NCBI GenBank assembly: GCA_048939015.1
Contig: JBHLPW010000086.1
Location: 1-16,249, forward strand
Origin: Promethearchaeota archaeon
Lineage (GTDB): Archaea; Asgardarchaeota; Lokiarchaeia; Sigyniarchaeales; SOKP01
Reading direction: 5' to 3'
DNA length: 16,249 bases
In this document: one piece after another, positions 1 to 7,342 of the stretch
How positions within the stretch are numbered: position 1 is the stretch's first letter
How the letters are laid out: every line of letters starts with the position of its first letter
Made by a program: the position numbers and the translations under genes
Notes under the pieces: generated by a model
What the model saw: the letters and a program-made list of their open reading frames with translations, nothing else
What the model was told of the DNA's origin: nothing
The model's database searches: none

Positions 1-1
1 T

Positions 2-133
2 AGAGGGATATATGAAGTAATCAATAAAGATTCTACTCCTAAATGCAAAGTAGTGGAAGAACGTGAAGATAGGTGTGTTAAATGTCACATCTGTACTACT
101 GCTTGTAAATTTAAAGCTTTAACAATAGATTAA
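2..133 (+). CDS. 4Fe-4S ferredoxin-type protein, C-terminal part (5'-truncated by window edge)
   Basis: Not in the ORF track. Frame 2 reads RGIYEVINKDSTPKCKVVEEREDRCVKCHICTTACKFKALTID* with stop TAA at 131-133. CxxCxxCxxxC followed by KAL is a classic 4Fe-4S dicluster motif. Confidence 0.85.
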   Translation, partial: RGIYEVINKDSTPKCKVVEEREDRCVKCHICTTACKFKALTID

Positions 134-169
134 CTATTTTCGAATTTAAGACTATAATACTCTGTGTAA

Positions 170-682
170 TTATTCAATACATTTCCCACAGCAATAGTTC
201 TCTAATTCAATTTTAGAATAATCGAAGTTTAAATCTATTGGTAAAACAAAATCATCAACAACATCTTCAATTATATCCATATGAACATTATAAACTTCTG
301 GATTACCTCGTAAATGATGATTTACTACATGATCGAGGTCTTTTAATGATAATCCTGCTATTATAATGCTAATATTTGTATCTCCAGAGAGAGTAAATGC
401 GGTAAGCATAAAAGGACAATTTTTTACGATATTTAAGATTTTTTTCGGATTTTTTGTTTGAAGATCTGCTCGGGCAAAATATAGATCGGCGACGCGAATA
501 TTTATTCCCGCTTGATATTTTAATACACCTAATTTCTCAAGTTTCTTAATTCGCATTCCTACAGTCGGTTGGCTTCGATTAACGTGTTCTGCTATTTGAG
601 TATGAGTTAAACTCGGTTCTTTCTGAATTAAATCCATTATTTGACAATCTATATCATCAATACCTATTTTTTCACTTAACAT
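170..682 (-). CDS. Lrp/AsnC family transcriptional regulator with Cys-rich C-terminus
   Basis: N-terminal HTH IDDIDCQIMDLIQKEPSLTHTQIAEHVNRSQPTVGMRIKKLEKLGVL; RAM-like domain with LSGDTNI; tail YCCGKCIE. Confidence 0.9.
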   Translation of the reverse strand: MLSEKIGIDDIDCQIMDLIQKEPSLTHTQIAEHVNRSQPTVGMRIKKLEKLGVLKYQAGINIRVADLYFARADLQTKNPKKILNIVKNCPFMLTAFTLSGDTNISIIIAGLSLKDLDHVVNHHLRGNPEVYNVHMDIIEDVVDDFVLPIDLNFDYSKIELENYCCGKCIE

Positions 683-739
683 ATTCTTTTCACTTTTTAA
701 TGGATATTATAAATATAATCTTGGATAATGTATTCGATC

Positions 740-756
740 ATCGCGGTATCGCGATA
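740..756. promoter_or_regulatory. GC-rich inverted repeat, candidate operator in the divergent Lrp/ArsR promoter region
   Basis: ATCGCG-gtat-CGCGAT (740-755) overlapping the perfect palindrome TATCGCGATA (747-756), in an otherwise AT-rich spacer. Confidence 0.4.
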
Positions 757-835
757 TATAAATATTACGATACTATAATATTTAAACTTTTGTGTCACTT
801 GTATTATTATAAAAATATTAATAATCCATTAAAAC

Positions 836-867
836 AAGCTTTAAAAACTAGCAAAAAGAATATTCTT
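836..867 (+). promoter_or_regulatory. Putative archaeal TATA box plus 12-bp palindrome upstream of the ArsR gene
   Basis: aagCTTTAAAAa (TATA-like, 839-846) about 29 nt before ATG 876; perfect palindrome AAGAATATTCTT at 856-867 between the TATA box and the start codon. Confidence 0.45.
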
Positions 868-875
868 AACAATCA

Positions 876-1211
876 ATGAGCGAATTAAGAAAATACACAG
901 TTGAGTTTTTAAAAGTATTAGCAGATCTAACAAGACTAGAAATATTAGATCAATTAAGAACTAGTGAAAAAAACTCATCAGAAATTCAAGAAGAATTAGA
1001 AAAATCTCAATCAACAATATCTAAACATTTGAACATGCTCGTTGACAATAATTTAATAGAATTTGAGAAAAAAGACAATATAAAATACTATAAGATAAAA
1101 AATAATGATATTTTCACACTTCTTTCTCATATTAATTCAACAGTTGCAGATATTAACACAGAGAAGCTTAAAGATTTAATAGATATTGATAGAAATGAAA
1201 CCTTATCTTAA
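876..1211 (+). CDS. ArsR/SmtB family winged-HTH transcriptional regulator
   Basis: FLKVLADLTRLEIL...SQSTISKHLNMLVDNNLI...YYKI pattern; contains no Cys, so no Cys-based metal site. Confidence 0.9.
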   Translation: MSELRKYTVEFLKVLADLTRLEILDQLRTSEKNSSEIQEELEKSQSTISKHLNMLVDNNLIEFEKKDNIKYYKIKNNDIFTLLSHINSTVADINTEKLKDLIDIDRNETLS

Positions 1212-1250
1212 CCTTTTAATATTAGAGTTTATTCAAAAATATAAAAAAAT

Positions 1251-1799
1251 ATGAAATCGCAAAAAGAAGAGGCTTTATCCGAACAATCAATAAAAATAGT
1301 ACTTATTGGATTACATAATAGCGGGAAAACCTCAATATTGAATTGTTTGAAGGGTATCAAAGCGATATCTGCTTTTAATAATCCAATGCCTACAAAAGGT
1401 CTCGATGTCCAATTATTTGAAGCCTTAAATTCAAAGTATGCGATCTGGGATCTTGGGGGTCAAGAAACTTATTTTGACGAATATTTTAATGATTTCGAGA
1501 AATTAGTTAAAGGAACTCATAAAATTATATATGTAATTGATATTCAAGATACTAAACTTTACGATAATGCACTTAAATATCTAAAAAAAGTAATAAGTTC
1601 AATTAAGGAACAGAATAAGATTGATTTTTCAGTATTCTTACATAAATTTGATCCAGATTTAATTTTTGATTCCAATTTGAACGAAAATGTAATTAATGAT
1701 TTTATTTTGAAAATTAAGGAAATTTTTCCACCAAATTTTACATTTTCCTTAAATAAAACGACAATATATGCGCTCTTTGAAAAAACAAAAGTCCTCTGA
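1251..1799 (+). CDS. Small GTPase, Arf/Rag-like (Asgard type)
   Basis: G1 GLHNSGKTS, G2 PT48, G3 WDLGGQ, G4 HKFD, G5 KTTIY. G1 and G3 are Arf-like; G4 (HKxD) and G5 (T-S/T-I-Y) are Rag/Gtr-like. Confidence 0.92.
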   Translation: MKSQKEEALSEQSIKIVLIGLHNSGKTSILNCLKGIKAISAFNNPMPTKGLDVQLFEALNSKYAIWDLGGQETYFDEYFNDFEKLVKGTHKIIYVIDIQDTKLYDNALKYLKKVISSIKEQNKIDFSVFLHKFDPDLIFDSNLNENVINDFILKIKEIFPPNFTFSLNKTTIYALFEKTKVL

Positions 1800-1912
1800 T
1801 ATCTTTAAATTTTATTATTTTAGCAATTTTTTATTATTTGAGTATTAATATATATTAGAAATGAAAATGTATTATTATCGGAAAAAAAACTATATTAATA
1901 TCTCATAACTAA

Positions 1913-4087
1913 ATGTTGTCGCAAAGAGAAAAAGAGGATAACTCGAGTAGAATAAATTATACTTTAAATTTAATCATATTTTCTTTACTATTATTTCTTA
2001 TTTTTCTTACAAACTTCTATAGCTACCTTTTATTTCATACATTAGCAGAGTTATTCAGTGTCGTCATAGCCTTTGGAATTTTTGCGATAGGCTGGAATAC
2101 TCGAAAGAATATAGAGAGCTCAGTATTTTTAGTCTTAGGTGTCAGCTTATTATTTATCGGGTCAATTGATCTAATCCATACATTAGCATATACAGGGATG
2201 AATATCTTTAAAGGATATACCTCAAATTTACCTACTTCGTTATGGATTGCTGCTAGATATCTTCAAGCAGGTTCATTTCTCCTAGCATTTCTCTTAATGT
2301 ATAAAAAAGTTAATCCAAATGATCTAGTAATTGGATATTCTGTTGTTACTACTCTTTTGGTAATATTAATTTTTGCTAGGCTTTTTCCCGTTTGCTATAT
2401 TGAGGGGATCGGTCTCACTGCATTTAAAAAAATCAGCGAATATATTATTATTGGAATTTTAGCAGGCTCAATAATAATATTACATAAAAATAGAAAAGAG
2501 CTCAATTTAACAACATTCCGTCTAAAAATGTTTTCGATTATATCAACTATGGCAGCGGAGTTAGCTTTTACTTTATATGTTGGCACATATGATTTATCTA
2601 ATTTAATAGGCCACCTTTTTAAAATTGTCTCTTTTTACTTCATTTATTTAGCAATTGTCAAAAAAGGACTTGAAGATCCCTTAAATACATTGTTCAAAAG
2701 GTTAAAAGAGAGTGAGAATTTTACAACAACTGCATTAAATGCTCAAATAGATACTTTTTTCGTGTTCAACCCAACAACAGGTAAAGCAATAAGATGGAAC
2801 AAAGCTTTTAATGAGGTTAGTGGGTATACAGATAAGGAAATAGGTTCTATGAAAGCACCTGATTCTTATTACAACCAAGAAGATTTAAAAAAATCTGAAA
2901 AGGCTATATTTAATGCCATAGAAACTGGTAAAACTATAGTTCAAATGGAGTTAATTACAAAACAGGGGAAAAAAATACCTTTTGAATATTTAGGTTCGAT
3001 TATTGCTAATGATCAAGGAGAGATTAATTATATTGTCGCTGTTGGTCGAAATATAACTGAACGTAGAAAAGCAGAAGAGCAAATTAAAAGCATTGCAAAA
3101 TTTCCTTCGGAAAATCCAAATCCAATATTAAGAGTTAGTAATGAAATTGTCTTATATATAAATGATGCTGGTCAAAAATTGTTTAATATTGAAATTGGGG
3201 ATAAAATACCTTCTCATTTAAATAACTTTATAGAGGAAGTCTTTCATACTCAAAAAATTCAACAAGTTGAGCTTGAACTAAAAACCGAATTTTTTTCCTT
3301 TACTATAACCCCCATTGCTGAAGAAAAATATCTTAATATTTATGGTCTTAATATCACAGAGAGGATTTTAGCAGAAAGAAGAATTAAAAACTTGATATCG
3401 ACAGTTTCTCATGAATTGAGGACGCCTATAACTGTTCTAATGATGTCTTTAGATTTATACAAACAAAAAAAAGATTCGTTAACCCCTAAACTACAAAACC
3501 ACATGATTGAGACAAGAGAAAGAAATCTCTCACTTCTAAAAGATTTATCAGAAGATATTCTTATGCTATCGCAAATTGATGAAAAAAAAATAGAACTTAA
3601 TTTGGAAAACTATAATCCCTTAAAATTATTACAAGATCTGGAATTATTCTTCGCTCCATTTGCTGAAGAGAAAAACATTACTTTTCAAATTGATATTAAT
3701 GAAGATATAAAAATGAAAGGGGACATTAAAAGGATTGATCAAGTTTTTCGAATTCTTCTTGATAATGCAATAAAATATTCATATGAAAATACAACTATCA
3801 AAATAAATTTGATTGAAAATTACAAAGGTAAATTTAATTCTAATGGAAAAAAAGGTAATTTAATTCAATTTAAAAATCGTGGTATAGGAATAAGCGAACA
3901 AGAACTCCCTCATATTTTTGAAAGATTTTATAGAGCATCAAATGCTAGAGAAACTTCTGGAACGGGATTAGGTTTATCAATAGCAAAAGATATAATAGAA
4001 CTTCACCAAGGAGAAATTTTTATTGAAAGCAAATTAGGAGACGAAACAACCTTCTATATTTTTTTTCCAAGAATAGATAATGTTTAA
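1913..4087 (+). CDS. Membrane sensor histidine kinase, MASE3-PAS-PAS-HisKA-HATPase
   Basis: Multi-TM N-terminus with MASE3 motifs YLLFHTLAELFS and DLIHTLAY.GM; PAS (IRWNKAFNEVSGY) with PAC; FPSENPNP degenerate PAS; H-box SHELRTP (H500); N-box LLDNAIKYS; F-box IFERFYR; G2 GTGLGL. Confidence 0.95.
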   Translation: MLSQREKEDNSSRINYTLNLIIFSLLLFLIFLTNFYSYLLFHTLAELFSVVIAFGIFAIGWNTRKNIESSVFLVLGVSLLFIGSIDLIHTLAYTGMNIFKGYTSNLPTSLWIAARYLQAGSFLLAFLLMYKKVNPNDLVIGYSVVTTLLVILIFARLFPVCYIEGIGLTAFKKISEYIIIGILAGSIIILHKNRKELNLTTFRLKMFSIISTMAAELAFTLYVGTYDLSNLIGHLFKIVSFYFIYLAIVKKGLEDPLNTLFKRLKESENFTTTALNAQIDTFFVFNPTTGKAIRWNKAFNEVSGYTDKEIGSMKAPDSYYNQEDLKKSEKAIFNAIETGKTIVQMELITKQGKKIPFEYLGSIIANDQGEINYIVAVGRNITERRKAEEQIKSIAKFPSENPNPILRVSNEIVLYINDAGQKLFNIEIGDKIPSHLNNFIEEVFHTQKIQQVELELKTEFFSFTITPIAEEKYLNIYGLNITERILAERRIKNLISTVSHELRTPITVLMMSLDLYKQKKDSLTPKLQNHMIETRERNLSLLKDLSEDILMLSQIDEKKIELNLENYNPLKLLQDLELFFAPFAEEKNITFQIDINEDIKMKGDIKRIDQVFRILLDNAIKYSYENTTIKINLIENYKGKFNSNGKKGNLIQFKNRGIGISEQELPHIFERFYRASNARETSGTGLGLSIAKDIIELHQGEIFIESKLGDETTFYIFFPRIDNV

Positions 4088-4136
4088 ATTAAGATTTAAA
4101 TATAATTTTAATTGATATTTTCACTATAAGACAATT

Positions 4137-5063
4137 ATGCGAATCAAAATGAAATCTGAAATCCAACCTGAAATACTCATAGTTGATGATAATGAAGATA
4201 TCTCATTTCATTTAAAAGTATTATTGGAAGAAAATGACTACAAAACTAAAACTGCGGTTAATGGCAAAGAAGCATTAAAACTTTTATCTGAAATGAAATC
4301 CGCTCCAGATCTAATCATAAGTGATATTATGATGCCATTGATGGATGGTTATGAATTTTTTTCATCCGTATCATCTCATCCTCAATGGAATCGGATTCCA
4401 TTTTTATTTCTTACAGCAAAATCAACTCCTGAAGATATTAGATTAGGAAAACTATTAGGAGTAGATGATTATATTACAAAACCGTTTAAAAGAGAGGATT
4501 TACTTGCGTCAATTTCCGGAAAAATTACTCGGAATATAAGATCAAATCTAATTAACAAAGAAATTTATCAATTACTCTCATCGTCCAGTATCAAAATAGA
4601 ACCTTTTTCTAAAGAAAAGGAGAAACTTATGTTTTGTCTATTATTAGTATACTGGGATGATATCACTGGTCCAGTTTTGAAGAAAAGTTATCCATCTGAT
4701 GAAGATTGTATCATCTCTATTGATACTATAGGTAAACAATTATTTCATGCTGCTACATCTATTTATGGGCATGATAAAATTACAAAAGCACAGGGAATTT
4801 TACTCAATATTGAAAATATCAACAAACAAGGGTATATCTATTTCGATTCTATACCTGATAAAAGTGAAAGGTATGGAGAAAAGCAATATATGTTATCTGT
4901 AATTGCTCCTTTTTTAAGTTATTTTGACTCATTTAAGATTAGAAATATCTTTACAGAGATCTCTGAAAGAATAAAACAAAAAAGGGAATGGGAAATCAAA
5001 GATTATTGGGAGAAAATATTAGAAATTTTGAGTACTGGATCACTTCAACTGAAACTTCAATAG
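4137..5063 (+). CDS. Response regulator: receiver domain fused to a putative longin/uDENN-like output domain
   Basis: Intact REC: IVDD, phospho-Asp D63 (IISDIMMP), T93 (FLTAK), K115 (ITKPF). C-terminal ~140 aa have LLLVYWDDITGPVL and DKSERYGEKQYMLSVIAP and no HTH. The start may be the ATG at 4149. REC call is firm; the longin call is an inference. Confidence 0.88.
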   Translation: MRIKMKSEIQPEILIVDDNEDISFHLKVLLEENDYKTKTAVNGKEALKLLSEMKSAPDLIISDIMMPLMDGYEFFSSVSSHPQWNRIPFLFLTAKSTPEDIRLGKLLGVDDYITKPFKREDLLASISGKITRNIRSNLINKEIYQLLSSSSIKIEPFSKEKEKLMFCLLLVYWDDITGPVLKKSYPSDEDCIISIDTIGKQLFHAATSIYGHDKITKAQGILLNIENINKQGYIYFDSIPDKSERYGEKQYMLSVIAPFLSYFDSFKIRNIFTEISERIKQKREWEIKDYWEKILEILSTGSLQLKLQ

Positions 5064-5168
5064 TTAATTGCTTGTATCAATAATTAATGACGTTTTATAA
5101 TTTAAAAAAAATCGTAGGTTTTAATTTAGTTATTAAGGAAGAATTTAGCTTTTTCTCATATTCTATAA

Positions 5169-5192
5169 AAAGAACTTTTAAATCAGTTCTTT
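5169..5192. promoter_or_regulatory. 8-8-8 inverted repeat bracketing a TATA-like box upstream of hsp20
   Basis: AAAGAACT-tttaaatc-AGTTCTTT with perfect 8-bp arms; the spacer holds the TTTAAA TATA-like element. Confidence 0.45.
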
Positions 5193-5246
5193 AAATTGCA
5201 TTTAATTAGAAATTAATTAGTATTTTTTACATTCAAGGTGAAAAAT

Positions 5247-5561
5247 ATGACTGAAGTAAAAGAAACTGAAAAATATTTAATGTCTCCTGAAGTATGTTCT
5301 TGGGCGGATGACGAAGATAATACTTATAAAATCGAGATTCAATTACCGGGTGTAGAAAAAGATACAATTAAACTTAAAATGCATGAAGATAGCTTTTTTA
5401 TTAAAGGAGAAACAGAAGATACTACTTATATTGGCTCCTATTCCATGTGTTGTCCAATAAATCCAGAAAAAGCAAAAGCAGTTTATAAAAATGGTCTTCT
5501 AAAGATTGAGGTCCCATTTAAAGAGCCCGAGTTCCATAGTATAGAAATAGAAGTTGAATAA
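5247..5561 (+). CDS. hsp20: Hsp20/alpha-crystallin small heat-shock protein
   Basis: EIQLPGVEKDTIKL...AKAVYKNGLLKIEVP and C-terminal IEI motif. ATG 5247 preferred over GTG 5238 because AGGTGA (RBS) overlaps that GTG. Confidence 0.92.
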   Translation: MTEVKETEKYLMSPEVCSWADDEDNTYKIEIQLPGVEKDTIKLKMHEDSFFIKGETEDTTYIGSYSMCCPINPEKAKAVYKNGLLKIEVPFKEPEFHSIEIEVE

Positions 5562-5585
5562 ATCATTTTTTTTCTATCTTTTTTT
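5562..5585 (+). terminator. Oligo-T archaeal-type terminator after hsp20
   Basis: Two T-runs immediately after the stop codon, in the gap between convergent hsp20 and trxB. Confidence 0.45.
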
Positions 5586-5654
5586 AGATTAAAAATCAAT
5601 CCAAGAAATCAACTAAAATAGTATTATGGTTATTTTAAAAAAGAATAATAATAA

Positions 5655-6599
5655 TTAATATTCAATATTCATTTCTTTAACATAATCAAAGGCAGAATAT
5701 GCTGCAATTACTCCTTCAGAAACACCAGTAATAGCTTGTTTAAAAGGAGCATCAGCTACATCTCCCGCTGCGAAAATTCCGGGAATATTAGTTTCTGATT
5801 TGCGATTAATTTTAATTTCTCCCTTTTCATTTGTTTCAACTCCAATTCTTTTTGCTAATTCAGATTTAGGAATTGAACCAATCTCAATAAATACACCATC
5901 TACTTCAAATTCTTTTCCATTATCAAAAATTACAGATTTTACTGTAGTATCTCCTTTAATTTCTACCACTTTTGTTTTATAAATAATCTCTATTTTGTCA
6001 TTTTCATAAACTCTCTGTTTATTTATTGGTTCAGCTCTTATTTCTTCGCCTCGATAAACAATATATACCCTTTTTACACTTTGAGCTAAGAATAAAGCTT
6101 CTTTAGCAGCAGAATCACTCCCACCAATCACGATAACCTTTTTATCTTTATAAAATGGGCCATCACAAGTCGCACAATAAGAAACACCTCTCCCCGTAAA
6201 TTCTTCTTCTCCAGGGAGACCTAACTTCCTCCGTTCTGATCCTGTTGCTATGCAAATCGAATAAGCTTTAAATTTTTGAAAGAATGAATTAAGTTCAAAG
6301 TGATCATCAACTCTTTCAATACTCCGAATTTCATCAGAGATATAGGGAATCTTGAGAGAATCCATATGCTCCTTAAACATATCCATTAATCCTTGACCAC
6401 TTATAGAAGTAATAGCTGGATAATTCTCAACAATGTGAGTTGTTGCGATTAGACCTCCAAAAGTTTTACCAATAACTAAGACATCCATTGCAAATCGAGC
6501 TGCATAAATGGCACACCCTATTGCCGTTGGGCCACCTCCCAAAACAATAAGCTCGTATGTTTTTTCAAAATCAATCCCTTCCATCCCTATGTTAAACAT
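5655..6599 (-). CDS. trxB: Thioredoxin-disulfide reductase (low-MW, FAD-dependent)
   Basis: FAD motif LGGGP; GRGVSYCATCDG active site; second dinucleotide motif VIGGSDSA; TNIPGIFAAGDV; upstream GGAGG RBS. Confidence 0.95.
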   Translation of the reverse strand: MFNIGMEGIDFEKTYELIVLGGGPTAIGCAIYAARFAMDVLVIGKTFGGLIATTHIVENYPAITSISGQGLMDMFKEHMDSLKIPYISDEIRSIERVDDHFELNSFFQKFKAYSICIATGSERRKLGLPGEEEFTGRGVSYCATCDGPFYKDKKVIVIGGSDSAAKEALFLAQSVKRVYIVYRGEEIRAEPINKQRVYENDKIEIIYKTKVVEIKGDTTVKSVIFDNGKEFEVDGVFIEIGSIPKSELAKRIGVETNEKGEIKINRKSETNIPGIFAAGDVADAPFKQAITGVSEGVIAAYSAFDYVKEMNIEY

Positions 6600-6656
6600 C
6601 TTTTTCTTGCCTCCTTTTATTATATATTTTGTAAAAATTATTAATTTAATCTATAA

Positions 6657-7307
6657 TTACATTATTTTCTCTTCCACTAGTTCCTCTAGAAATTCATTAG
6701 GTCCATAACACCCAACCAACGGTTCATTTTCATTAATAATAGTATAAGGAACGCTGGAAGTATCATATTGGTTTCCTATATCAGGATTTTCCAATAAATC
6801 TATTATAATAACTTTAATTTTTCCTTTAGCAGCAAGTGCAAATTGTGAGGCAATACTTACCATCTGAGGGCAATATGCACATGAGTTAGTAATCATCAGT
6901 TTGATTATTGAATGATTTATTCTATCAAGGTTCTTTTGAATAGCAGATTCATAATAATTGGAAGCTCCAGCAAATATTAATATAGATTGAATAAAAGGTT
7001 GGATTTCACTCCCTTGTGGTGCCGCTAAATAACGAATAAGTTCATGACCATTATTATCGATGAATAATATTGTTGGAACTCGTTCAATATTGTATTTTTT
7101 TTCTAAATTTGGATTAGACCCAATTTGACATTCATCAAATTTAAGCATTCCATTAGAATACTTTTTATAATCATCTAAAATTGACATAGTGTACTCATAA
7201 TTTTGGGAGTTACCGTTTTTGTCTGTGAATATTGTTAGTTTAACAGGTGCAGTAAGTTTTTTCATTCCCTCACGTATCATTTTTGTAAACATATATGAAG
7301 CTGGCAT
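6657..7307 (-). CDS. pdo: Protein-disulfide oxidoreductase (two thioredoxin folds), N-terminal CxxC absent
   Basis: RVPTILF, IRYLAAPQGSEIQPFI, C-terminal CAYC, SVPYTIIN; the N-terminal active-site position reads NSQNYEYT. Confidence 0.85.
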   Translation of the reverse strand: MPASYMFTKMIREGMKKLTAPVKLTIFTDKNGNSQNYEYTMSILDDYKKYSNGMLKFDECQIGSNPNLEKKYNIERVPTILFIDNNGHELIRYLAAPQGSEIQPFIQSILIFAGASNYYESAIQKNLDRINHSIIKLMITNSCAYCPQMVSIASQFALAAKGKIKVIIIDLLENPDIGNQYDTSSVPYTIINENEPLVGCYGPNEFLEELVEEKIM

Positions 7308-7342
7308 TTTTTTTGCCTCGGTTATATAATTATTTAATATTA

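Noticed and set aside
856-867. Resemblance of AGAATATTCT to the eukaryotic heat-shock element nGAAnnTTCn
   Set aside because: Only two pentamer units and no HSF-like gene in view; kept only as a generic palindrome.
1797-1808. TGA stop of the GTPase as possible selenocysteine, and selenoproteins in the redox cluster
   Set aside because: Read-through adds only U-Y-L before TAA, with no redox context. The redox ORFs use Cys at their intact active sites, I saw no in-frame TGA, and I recognised no SECIS.
2395-2586. 63-aa minus-strand ORF
   Set aside because: Antisense shadow inside the MASE3 kinase; no motifs.
3869-3892. Kinase G1 box reads NRGIG instead of DxGxG
   Set aside because: Asn at this position occurs in other kinases, and the H, N, F and G2 boxes are intact; not enough to call it inactive.
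5800-6708. Plus-strand ORFs 5800-5982 and 6508-6708
   Set aside because: Antisense to trxB/pdo with no recognisable features.
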